A stretch of DNA of 64,000 bases from Paraspadella gotoi. Lineage: Eukaryota; Animalia; Chaetognatha. The stretch spans positions 12,021,225-12,085,224 of the forward strand of contig CM119268.1 of the NCBI GenBank assembly GCA_051294375.1, in the 5' to 3' direction. The position numbers and the translations under genes are program-made. Below are positions 33,925 to 46,437 of the stretch, in pieces. The notes beneath the pieces are model-generated. The model did not search any database. It was given only the letters and a program-made list of their open reading frames with translations, and was not told the origin of the DNA. The stretch's first letter is position 1; each line of letters opens with the position of its first letter.

Positions 33925-36117
33925 NNNNNNNNNNNNNNNNNNNNNNNNNCGAGGTAGATAAAACAACAATTTTCATGAATAAATAAAATGAATTACATAT
34001 ATCAAAGCGTCACCCTGCAGTTTGCGCCACCAAACGGACACTATAGGGACTAGGGAGGCAATGGGCTCCAGACGATAAACGATTGCCTTCAACCGGGAGG
34101 TTCCGTGTGTCCACGACCCGAAGAGACGTCGCAAGCGCTCGAAATCGAGCCCCTTTAGACCCTTCCCGTTCGGACACCGAAGGCCCCTTTTATGGCGTTA
34201 CTGTTTAGCCCTAACTCGAGGCCAACCATGCTCGATCCGGTCCTCCCACATCTCCCCCCTTTCGAGACTCAGGCGAGGAACCCCCTCGTGGCCCCTTATG
34301 CATTTGTCGGCTTCATTAAAGGTAAGATGAAGGAGATAACAATGGAGGAAGAGGAGGAGGAGAAGGAAGAGGAGGAGGAGGTGGTCGACCATGAGGAGAC
34401 CGGCCTGACCTTCTTGTTTGGTCACAACACTTTACAAAACGAAATAAGCCGGAAAATAAATGTTTTCTTTTTTTAAGCTCAAGAGAAGAGAGAGGAGGTT
34501 GGCGCGGAGGCCTTGACTGAGAATTTTTTCTCATTCAACATTTAACTTTTAACATTTAACACACGTTGAATGTTATTACATGGAAGCTACATCTTGAAAA
34601 AGATAATTCTTTTAACGGTGAATGCTTGTACGAGTGATTATTTTTATTATCAAAATCAGACTAAACGTTAAAGGCAGAAGTGTCAAGGGCAAATAGATAA
34701 TTAGTGAGAAACAATATATTATTATTTTTTTATAAATTAGTTCGATTCATAAAACCATCAAAGAATCTTTTCCAACGGTCATTTTTTTTAATAAATGCAG
34801 AATTACGCGTTACGGAAATATGCAAATTGAGACGACGACAAAAGAGATAATCTCCAGATCGAGAGACGCGGGGATTCGCGCTGATTATCCGCAGTTGAAG
34901 TTGAAGCAGGGGGACGATAGTTGGGGGGAGATTCGAAGTGGGGCGAATCGTAAGAGGAGGTTTTCGTTTACAATGAACGCCAGGAGCCCGAGGGCAGACA
35001 GAAATCATTTCTTTAGGGACGAAGTGAAAAAAATGAAGACAGAGTTGACAATGACTCTTTAATGTGTGAAGATTGACCATGGAAATTTAATATCTATTTT
35101 GATAAAAAGTATAATTAAAACCGAGTTTGTTTGTTTTTTTTTTAATTAAAGTGGTATATGACGACGTTTATAATTGATGAGCGGAGACATCTTCCATAGT
35201 GTAAAGATTACTGCTTTTTTGACCAAAGCCCAGTCAAGACTCAAAAGGCTAACCTGATCGACGTGAATAATGAGAATCGACCCCAACCGATTCCGGCATT
35301 GGAGTTTGCGTCAGGAACGACTGTTTGTTCGGTAAACATTCTTCCTCCTTCTCGATTCATAGCGACGCCGGCGACGGTCTTCCGCTCCGGGTCTGAGGGT
35401 CTTCCCCTTTCTTCCGAATGGATGGTCTTCTCCTCCATCGGGTCCATCCCGACCCTGAGACCCTCCTTTGGTTGAAAGTTCAATTTGCTTTTTTCAATCC
35501 ATTCTTCTCAAACAGAAATCGGGACCTGTATTCCTTCCAACTAGTGAAGGAAGTCCCAATCGCCATTACTATTTCTTATTCACTGCGTGTAATTATTTCG
35601 CCACTCCTCTCACTATCACAGGCCTGAAAAGTGAAAATCCTTTAACACCCCTTCGCTTCTTCACCACCCCCGCTTATCTCCCCCCTCACCCCTTACACGC
35701 CAGGGGCCAAAGCCTCACACGCGCGAAGAGGCGCCGTCGGTGTCGTGCGGCGTCGGGCGACGTCGCGAGGCGCGAGCGCGGCAACCGCACGTGAGATAAC
35801 CCCTCCCGACCCCTTCGCCCTTCCCGACCCCCGGGGGTCTATGGCACCGTCCATTTCCCACCCCCTCTTACCAGTATGGCACAAGCTTACCTCGCACCCC
35901 CCTAACCAACCCATCGATCCGTGAGGGCACAACTACATTCGCTCCCCACTTTCCTCCTTCGACCCCGGGGGTCAACGTAGTCGCCCCACCATCGCACCAT
36001 AGACCCCGGGGGGCTAGCCACGGACGCAAAACACTTCGACTCGCTAAACCTCGAAGGTTTGGTGCCGCATTTTTTTTCTTATTCACTGTTTTTTTTTCTT
36101 CCGCTTTTTAAGATTCT

Positions 36118-36163
<46 letters not shown>

Positions 36164-36166
36164 TCT

Positions 36167-36206
<40 letters not shown>

Positions 36207-39200
36207 CTCTCTCTCTCTCTCTCTTTCTCCTCTCTCGTGTTCTCTTTTCTTAAAATTCTCGCTAAAACGTACGAATCACTCTGCTCATGTTCAAAAATTA
36301 TAACGCTTTCAAAAGATAAAATGAAAAAAAATAATTAGAAAAAGTTCAAAAGATTCAACGGATTAAAAAAAGAAAGACTTATTAGTGTAAAAAAAAAGGA
36401 CTTATGCAAAAGGCGAAACTCGTAAACCGGATCAAGCAAATGAGTTGGGAAAATAAGCTTAGTGTAGAAAAAATAAGCGACGTACTTTCGAATTTAAAGC
36501 CGAGGCAAGCAATTGAATGCGCGTGAGGGAAGATATGGAGGGGGTTGTTGATAATAAACTAGTTGATTAACCGAAAATTTACAAGTTTATTTATTAAAAA
36601 TATTTAAGAAATATTAAATAATAAACAGCTTAATTCTCTCTCTCTCTCTCTCTCATCTCTCTCCTCTCTCTCTCTTCCCTTCTCATGTTTTGGTCACTTT
36701 CCCATTGAGACGTCTCTTGCAAGCCGCCGGAGCGAAAACTGCGTCGAATTTCTTGAAGAATTTGCTGAAGATTTTTTTTTTTTTTAAATTAAAGAGAAAA
36801 AGAAAATCGAGGCATGAAATCGGAGAGACAAGGCAGCTGCGCTTAAGTTAGACGTTGACTCAAATTAATTTACAAAGAAAAACAATTGGGCATCGAGGCA
36901 GAGCCGGAGGCTAAATACTTCGAAGGGATATTCATGCATATCTGTTGTTTGAAACCAACACAGCCAATCTCTTCATTCGTACTTGAGTAAAAACTTTCTT
37001 TCTCTCATCAAAAAGTGATTTTAGTCACATCAATTCGAGAAGAGCTCATCAAACCTCCTTCATCCATCTTTCCCTTTCTCTCTCTGTCTCTGTCTCTCTC
37101 TCTTCTATCTCGCACATGTTTTTTTTTCTTTACAGTCTGAAAATGTCATTCCTCGCATCATAAACTTTCGGCGTCAGTCTCATCGTCGTCGTTGTCGTCG
37201 TCGTTCACGGGAACGCCCCCTTTGAAAGTTAGACGAGAAAAATAAAAAAATAAATAATGAAAAAAATCTAGACTTTAGACAATCGTAAAAATATTTAGCC
37301 CTATTAACGTTCCGTGGTATAAGTTCGTTTGAGACCAAAGTGCCATTTCCTTCTCTGATGGGTACATACGTCCTCATCTCCAGAAAAGAAACACCTTAAA
37401 GTAGCTTCTCTCCGATGCTCTTCACAATCTTTTATTCCGTTTTTTTTTCTTTCTTTCTTTTTTTATCGACCGTCTTCTTCCTTCCATGCCTTCATATTTA
37501 GTTCTTAGATATACGTACACATATTACATCGCTCAATAGTCTTACGTATTCTCCCGCTCCCAATTTCTCAAACTCTTTATCTTTAAATTCCTGTAGGCAA
37601 ATTCCAAAAAAAAAAATGGGTTTTCAATGTCTACTTACAGATAATTAATCATTTACCCAATTTGATAAAAAAGATGACATTATCATTCCGTGATTTTTTT
37701 TTCTTCTTTCTTCTTTTTTCTTCCTTCTTCCTTTCTTCCTTCTTCTTTCTTCATTTTTTCCTTTCTTTCCTAAACTCCCATTCTTGAGAAACCTCATTCT
37801 TTTATCCTTTTTCTTCTCTTCTCCATTCTTCTCTTCCTCCCTTCCCTTTCTCTCCCTTCCTCCCTTCCTCCCCTCTCTCCGCGGACCGAAAAAAGGTGCA
37901 TCCCTTCCTTCCTCGGATTTTCGCCTCCGGCCGGTGAATGGTTTTGGTCACGGTTTCCTTGTCACGCCAGCCTGGATTTGGAGCTCACCCATGGGCGTAG
38001 CGGGCGAGCATAAAAGAGGCAACCGGCGTGACGGGTTAAATGGAAAAAGTTTTGTCAACATCGTTTTTTTTTTCAAATGGTTCCATGAGGTCTTCACGCT
38101 TGTCCTTTTCGCGCGGCAAATGGGGAATTATCGTCGGTTTCTTCACCAAAAGGATGCACGATGTATCATTTTCTTTCTTTAGCGATGGGCGATCGAAACT
38201 CAGAGCGAGCGATCGTTCGTCATACGAAGGCTTTTCAGCGATGTCATTTTCGATCTTTAAGAAATAACCAGAGCGCGTCCTTCCCTTGGCTAGAGAGAGG
38301 TATTCGGAAGAACAATGAGGTTTCCGTCGGTCCAGAAGATCTGCCTCAATATCGGCCTCCCTTCCATTCGGGGATTGCGCATTCGAATTCTGGTCAGCGT
38401 TTGTGTCAGCGCTTCTTCTCAACCTTTTTTCTTTAATTCCGAGTCTTATTGCTACCCGTTGGCTTGGCCCCAGCCATCGGCCAGACCAGGGGTTCAAAGT
38501 GTCAGACATGCCCACCAGACAACCGGCTAGAAAAGAAAAAAAAAAGAAAAAAAAGGTCTTAGCTCAGATCCGGTTGCTTTTAAATCTCAAACTCCGGTCA
38601 ATGTTTATTATTGTTTTTTTTTTCTTTGATTGGGCGGATCAAGGATCATGCATCGCTGAAAACAAAAAAAAAAACCAAAAAAAACCACTGATGGTAGAGA
38701 GAGAATATTTGTTGACACTGAGGCAATAATCGCTTCCTTTGCCATTGCCTACCGCCTCCACCTAAGTCCTAGAGGTCAAACCCTGCAGCCACTGTCAGCG
38801 CTGAATAGCGGCGCAGCGAGAAATGTTAGTTTTTTTTTTGTTTTTTTTTCAAATTTTTGCCTTCCGCATGTATAACCATAAGACTTCTTAGCCAGGGATA
38901 ATTTCGTCCGCCTCGGAGCCGGACGGACCAAAGAGAATCTGCTCATGGGCGTCAGCGCGTTAACTACCCAGCGACGACGCGTTGCTGTTGCACCGCCGCT
39001 GCACCGCTGCTGCATATTGATGTCACCCCTGCTGGCTGCGACCTCGTTGACCAAAGGCGGTGGCATGGTCATCTATTTTTTTTTTCTCTTTCTTTCCTCT
39101 TTCTTCCCATTTTTGCGTTCGGTCTACCGGAAAAGCGATAGATGCCCGTAGAACATGGCTAACGCTTTCCATTTATTAGCTTGACCTTTTGCTAAACCAG

Positions 39201-41632
39201 CCGGACAAATAATAGAACTTCTTTTTAGGGGATTTTCGTTGTAGACGTTTCTTTTTTTTTAGACTTTTGTGATTCAATCGTCAACTGGAGCGATGGAATC
39301 ACAAAGATCGTCTCTTCAGCGCTGAAGAAGAAGAAACAAAAAAAAAAGTCTTTTCGCCGATTCGCTCTGATAATTTCCTTTTCATTTTGACAAAAGGTGC
39401 TCCTTTTTTTTAATACATTGCTCCCGAGAACCGAGCCTCACGCTTCCTCGACACATTGTCTACAGTGTTTTCCTGTCCAAGTCGTAAAAAGACTCGGGGC
39501 CTGGCTCTAAATCGGAACGAGCTTAAAGGCCGCGGGAGCCCGCGAGGTTCCCACCCACATTCAAGGACCACGCACGCCATTGCACACTGATGAGAAATCA
39601 CTACAGTGAGCATTAAAGACGCGAGAAGAGACTCGTTATTGTACGACAGAGTTGCCGGGTTTTTTTTTTCTGGTGGCTACAGGGTTGTTGTAATGGGAAA
39701 TGGGGCTTTGAGACACTAATGTCAAATGACAAACTGGATACTACTGTAGTAACTTTAACAATGAATTTAATTTGTATCGATTTGGAAACGGAAAACATCA
39801 ACGAAACACCTTTTTTTTTCTGAAATATTAAGAATGAAATTATCGAAATGATTTTTCAATTAAAACGAAAACAAAAAACAAAAACAAAAACAATTCAATC
39901 AACGAAAAGAAATATTCTCTTCAGCTCTCTCTAAGTCGTTTTTCGAAAAAAAGGGATTAACCCTTTTCAAGTTGAGAACCGATTTCTTTCTCCCTTTTTT
40001 CAAATTCATCTCGCGCGCGCCTCTTCCCCTTTTTTTTTCTCTTTTTGGTCACTCAGTCCGAGACGCCCGACCCATGGCGACCTTTGGTGACCTCCGGGGG
40101 TCGCGCTCGCGTTCTCTGACTCGCGATCCGGGGGGACGACGACGTCCAGGACGACGACGACGCCCTCTCGATGGTCGACGTCNNNNNNNNNNNNNNNNNN
40201 NNNNNNNNNNNNNNNNNNNNNNNNNNNNNNNNNNNNNNNNNNNNNNNNNNNNNNNNNNNNNNNNNNNNNNNNNNNNNNNNNNNNNNNNNNNNNNNNNNNN
40301 NNNNNNNNNNNNNNNNNNNNNNNNNNNNNNNNNNNNNNNNNNNNNNNNNNNNNNNNNNNNNNNNNNNNNNNNNNNNNNNNNGTTGGTCTGTGGCGATGGA
40401 AAGAGGATCCAGAGAATATTTCATTTGCACTAATTAGGATAGATGTTAACTAACCTTTAAGTGGGATTTCTCAGCAATAAAACTAATAGTATATCAATTC
40501 GCCATCAAAATCAGAAGAACGATTTTTTTTTTCTCCTTCTTTCACGTTATTCATGAGATGAGTTAAGAATCGCGTTTCCCCTCCTCCGCCACGAGGTCGC
40601 TTCCTACATGTTTTTTTCTTTCGCTCTCTCTCTCTCTCTCTCTCTCTCNNNNNNNNNNNNNNNNNNNNNNNNNNNNNNNNNNNNNNNNNNNNNNNNNNNN
40701 NNNNNNNNNNNNNNNNNNNNNNNNNNNNNNNNNNNNNNNNNNNNNNNNNNNNNNNNNNNNNNNNNNNNNNNNNNNNNNNNNNNNNNNNNNNNNNNNNNNN
40801 NNNNNNNNNNNNNNNNNNNNNNNNNNNNNNNNNNNNNNNNNNNNNNNNNNNNNNNNNNNNNNNNNNNNNNNNNNNNNNNNNNNNNNNNNNNNNNNNNNNN
40901 NNNNNNNNNNNNNNNNNNNNNNNNNNNNNNNNNNNNNNNNNNNNNNNNNNNNNNNNNNNNNNNNNNNNNNNNNNNNNNNNNNNNNNNNNNNNNNNNNNNN
41001 NNNNNCGGCAGCGACGGCTGCCTGGTTTTTTTTCGTGGTCACGTGACAGACGCCGCCGACTGGCGCCACGCAAAATTACGTCGAAAGGCGGAGGATCTTT
41101 TGACCCGGGGACCTGAACGTCGGTGGAACCGCAAAAATGACGATGAAGATGACGACAAGGTTGAATAAAAAAAAAAAAAAGATGACGATGATATGGATAA
41201 AAAAAAATGTTTGACAAAGAAGATAATGGGGAAGACGACTAGGATGGAAAGAAAAAAATACTATCTAGAAAAAACTGACAACTGATAAAATTATGTAATG
41301 ACAGAGAACACGACAATTAAATTGACGACGATGACAAGGAGAAAGCCGACAACTTCGTTGTCGGCAAAAACTGACAAAGATTTACAGCGGGAAAAAAAGG
41401 GAATGAATCGATTTAGAAAATGTCGATACAACACAGGATGAAGAAGANNNNNNNNNNNNNNNNNNNNNNNNNNNNNNNNNNNNNNNNNNNNNNNNNNNNN
41501 NNNNNNNNNNNNNNNNNNNNNNNNNNNNNNNNNNNNNNNNNNNNNNNNNNNNNNNNNNNNNNNNNNNNNNNNNNNNNNNNNNNNNNNNNNNNNNNNNNNN
41601 NNNNNNNNNNNNNNNNNNNNNNNNNNNNNNNN

Positions 41633-41669
<37 letters not shown>

Positions 41670-41790
41670 GACTCGGTCGTTGTTTTGATGATGTATCAAT
41701 CCAAGATTCTTCTTCTTTTAATTCTCATTTTCTCTCTACGTCTTTAAAATATCGTTTTTCTTTCGGAAATGAAAGGAACTTCTCTCGTCA

Positions 41791-41825
<35 letters not shown>

Positions 41826-42868
41826 AATGACTTTTGTTATTAATGCTTTCCGACGCGTTTTTGACAAGCGTCGCAAAGAACAATCGCGACTTTTCTGACG
41901 TAACTCTTGAGTCGAGGATTCCAGATTTGACAATGAAGCACCCGAAGCAAAGTTCTCTAAATTTAATTCGTAATAAAGTGCTAAAGAGGCGGAAGGAACA
42001 CAACATATAAAAAAAAAGATTTTTTTTTTATTAAGAGAGTTGAAATCGCAGATGTCTTAAAGTTTTTAATGACTTTTTAATTTCGTCTCCATCGTTCGCG
42101 TTTGTTTTGAATCTTTAAATCTTAATTTCATTTCCGCTTTATCGATGCCAACTGCTTTTCTTGACTCCGCTGTTCTTCTGTTTTCATTCTTCGTTCAAAC
42201 CGACGGGATTGTCTCTTTGCACTATAACTCAAAAAAATAAAAAAACTTACGATTTTTTTATTCTTAAAAAATACTACGCTTTACCTTTCGCAATCTGAAT
42301 GTCGTTTTTTTTCAGCAAATTACTAATGAAAATTACCGCTTAATTTGAATATTGTCTATTTTTAATCTTTTTTTTTTCTTATCACTCCCCATTTTCTTTT
42401 ACCCTAGCACTACCGATTTTCAATCTCATCGCTGCCGACTTCGCAAATTTTTCTGACTCCTGGGCCAAACTTTGAACTCCCCCGACTTTGTAAAAAAAAA
42501 AAAAGCCCCAGAGAAAAAAAAAGGGAAATTCTATCAACGCCGTCATCCAAATGCCGACGGTGGCGCGACCTTCTTTCGACGTCACCCTCAGTCGCATCCA
42601 GCAAATAAAAGGCCATCCTTTCCCGGACGACCCTTGGGGAAGGCGTGCCCCTCACTCGCACACCTCACCATCACGGAGTTTTTGTCTCTGTCTCTGTCTC
42701 TCTCTCTCTCTTTCTCTTTCTTTTAGTAAAAACCGCTACGAACCTCACCCTGCACCTTCCAATCCCAAGCCAGCTCACCTAATCCCCTTTTCTGATCCTC
42801 CCCCACTCCCCCGAATCGACCTTACCGCATCAAAGAAAAAAAGTTTCTCTTTGCCGGAAGAATTTTGA

Positions 42869-42900
<32 letters not shown>

Positions 42901-43176
42901 NNNNNNNNNNNNNNNNNNNNNNNNNNNNNNNNNNNNNNNNNNNNNNNNNNNNNNNNNNNNNNNNNNNNNNNNNNNNNNNNNNNNNNNNNNNNNNNNNNNN
43001 NNNNNNNNNNNNNNNNNNNNNNNNNNNNNNNNNNNNNNNNNNNNNNNNNNNNNNNNNNNNNNNNNNNNNNNNNNNNNNAAGGGTGAGGGAAGGGTGAGAG
43101 GAAAAAAGAAACAAGTTTCGTCACATCGTAACCCGTCCCCGACATTTTCCGAAGCAAAGCCGGCGTCGGAGCTTCC

Positions 43177-43221
43177 GCTGCCGGTGCTGCCATTGCTGCC
43201 GGTGCTGCCATTGCTGCCGGC
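43177..43221. repeat. 18-bp tandem repeat (GCTGCCGGTGCTGCCATT), ~2.5 copies
   Basis: Directly visible; related motif at ~43360-43400. Confidence 0.8.
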
Positions 43222-46200
43222 CCCCATACCGCAACCACTGAAGCTATAGCAAAGAAGTGGTTGGTAAATCAAGAACATCCAAATAACATTAAGTCATTCA
43301 GCAGACAATGCTCCCTTCATTGCAATTCATTTAACGGACTTATAATATATTTTTCATTACCGGTGCCGCTCTTGCTACCATCACTGCCGGTGCAGCCGGT
43401 GATGTAGTCCCTCCGCTCGGTCTTCCGTGTCGAGGGATTGCCGTGACACGACGGTGGCGGCGNNNNNNNNNNNNNNNNNNNNNNNNNNNNNNNNNNNNNN
43501 NNNNNNNNNNNNNNNNNNNNNNNNNNNNNNNNNNNNNNNNNNNNNNNNNNNNNNNNNNNNNNNNNNNNNNNNNNNNNNNNNNNNNNNNNNNNNNNNNNGA
43601 GAGAGAAATTCAAAAATAACAATGAGACTCAAATAGCATAAGGTAAGATAACCAGACTAAAGATGAGATTACGTAAACATTTTTTATTCTTGGATCTGAA
43701 GTGATTTAATTTTTGATTTATAACTTGGTATATTTTACCAAACGCAAAAAAAGGCGAAATATGTTCAATTAGAAGATATTAACCTTTTCCTACTGACGAA
43801 CAGTTTCGAAACATCGATCCTCCTTGTTCGTCGAAGCGAAACGAAGAGACGAACAGCTGAAACGAACAGCCGCGCCGAGCGAAATCCAAAGAAACAAAAA
43901 AAAATCAACGGAAAAAATTTTTATTTTCTTCTCTCTTATTTTTTTCCCTTTTTTCTTTTTTTTTCCTTTTCTTTCTTTTCTGAAGAAGCCACGTCATCGT
44001 CCTCATTGTAGTCGTCGTCGTCGTCGTCGTCTTCCTCGTATACTTTTTTCTCCTCTAACAAGAACGATAATTCCAATGTGTTGCGCCGCAGTGACTTTAT
44101 TTTTACGTATATTTCTTTTTGATCACATGTTATGGCATGAATAAAATTTTTTTTTGTANNNNNNNNNNTATTTCCTTTTGATCACATAATATGACATGAA
44201 TAAAAATTTTTTTTTGTATTTATGACATGCATTGCATCAAAATTCTGTCTTTTATTCTTTAAAGTTTTAGAAATTCCTGAAGGCGGCGCTAGCAGTCCCT
44301 TAGTTTTGAGTTTTGAGTAAGTGGGACCGACCGACGGTCCGACCGACAGACCGACCGAAAAGTGACTTATAGAGTTGCTCCGCGAGTACTCGCGGCGCAA
44401 GTAAAAAGATGTTTTCTTCGATACAATTTCTCCGCTCTCTGTCTCTTCGCGTCTTCATTCTTTACGCCTCCTTTCTTTCCACCTCCCGCTTCTCCTCCTC
44501 CTCCTCCTCCTNNNNNNNNNNNNNNNNNNNNNNNNNNNNNNNNNNNNNNNNNNNNNNNNNNNNNNNNNNNNNNNNNNNNNNNNNNNNNNNNNNNNNNNNN
44601 NNNNNNNNNNNNNNNNNNNNNNNNNNNNNNNNNNNNNNNNNNNNNNNNNNNNNNNNNNNNNNNNNNNNNNNNNNNNNNNNNNNNNNNNNNNNNNNNNNNN
44701 NNNNNNNNNNNNNNNNNNNNNNNNNNNNNNNNNNNNNNNNNNNNNTCTCTCTCTCTCTCTCTCTCTCTCCCCCTTTCATTTTTTCCCTCTAACGGTTTCA
44801 AAATAACCAGAAATTATTGTTGTAGGGCATAATTGTACCTAAAAACGAATTCCACGTAGAACAACGGCTGTAATTAAATTAACTCAGATATTCCGGATTA
44901 TTTTCCCCGAAATGATTTACGAAAATAAAAAATCTAAATTCGACGAAACTCACGGTTTTCCTTTTTTGTCATTCAAGCATGCGAGTGAGTAACTCGATTT
45001 GAGTGAGCGCGCATCCGTTTGTGTGTGAGAATGATTGTGTGTGGCTGTGTGTCAACGCGAGGATTAAATCCCATTAACGTTCCATTATTGACCGCCGGAC
45101 GTTTGATGGCTTTGACAATGTTGTTGGTGTCCACCGGCCGAGAGTGAGTGAGTTTGAGAGAATGATAGAGAGAGAGANNNNNNNNNNNNNNNNNNNNNNN
45201 NNNNNNNNNNNNNNNNNNNNNNNNNNNNNNNNNNNNNNNNNNNNNNNNNNNNNNNNNNNNNNNNNNNNNNNNNNNNNNNNNNNNNNNNNNNNNNNNNNNN
45301 NNNNNNNNNNNNNNNNNNNNNNNNNNNNNNNNNNNNNNNNNNNNNNNNNNNNNNNNNNNNNNNNNNNNNNNNNNNNNNNNNNNNNNNNNNNNNNNNNNNN
45401 NNNNNNNNNNNNNNNNNNNNNNNNNNNNNNNNNNNNNNNNNNNNNNNNNNNNNNNNNNNNNNNNCTTGGTGCGAGTGTATTTTAGTTTTTTTGCAGATTT
45501 TTACATATTCTATCCTCACTTCTTCAATACCTTCACAGATAGAGTTATTCACCTCCTAAATTAACTCTTTGTGAAGGTAGGGTGAATCTATAGTTCCCTA
45601 CACGTGCAGATCCTCGCGCAATTAACACTCCCCACCCCCGCCACCCTCGCGGCGCGTCTTCGTCTTCCCTATTTGTGTTCTTTTGTTTTTCATCACGTTC
45701 CGAATTTTCTGCTTAAAGCGCGAGAGGACGAGGTCGCCGACCGATCGGTCAACGCTGCCCGACAAGTAGGGAAACGAAACCGACGGGGAGCGGACATTTT
45801 ATGAATTTCTAGTAATAATTTTAATTAGGCTAGTACCCACACGAAAACNNNNNNNNNNNNNNNNNNNNNNNNNNNNNNNNNNNNNNNNNNNNNNNNNNNN
45901 NNNNNNNNNNNNNNNNNNNNNNNNNNNNNNNNNNNNNNNNNNNNNNNNNNNNNNNNNNNNNNNNNNNNNNNNNNNNNNNNNNNNNNNATACTAAACAACG
46001 TCCTGTTCATTTCCATATGACAATTGTCAATGAATGACGGTGAGTCTTTGTAATTCGAGACTGCGCTGTCACTCGGTCAGTCGCGGTGAGTCACGCTCGG
46101 TCGATGACTACCTTTCCCTTCCGACGGGGCATTGTGAATGATAGTGATGACGCGAGTGATTGGTGGGTGGGAGGGCAGGGTAAATTTAACAAGCTTGACA

Positions 46201-46354
46201 AAGTGTTATCCTCGTTTTTTTGTTAATTCTGCACTTAAAAATAATAATAAGTAAATAACAAAGAAAATAGTAAATTTACTTCTCGAAAAAGAAACTCGAA
46301 ATTCGTTTGTTGTTCTCGTCAGAGGAGCCTGTAAAATCAAAGTTACGACAGAAG

Positions 46355-46437
<83 letters not shown>

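Noticed and set aside
34205-34216. TAGCCCTAAC as a telomerase RNA template
   Set aside because: Mismatch to CTAACCCTAAC, and no pseudoknot or H/ACA domain recognisable.
35175-35257. TGATGA...CTGA C/D-box snoRNA candidate
   Set aside because: No terminal stem and no recognisable rRNA-complementary guide.
38880-38906. AAGACTTCTTAGCCAGGGATAATTTC resembling the U3 snoRNA 5' end
   Set aside because: Box A' differs and no boxes B, C or D follow at the expected distances.
43793-43835. CTGACGA...GAAAC hammerhead-like core (also CTGATGAGAAA at ~39588)
   Set aside because: Stems I, II and III cannot be formed.
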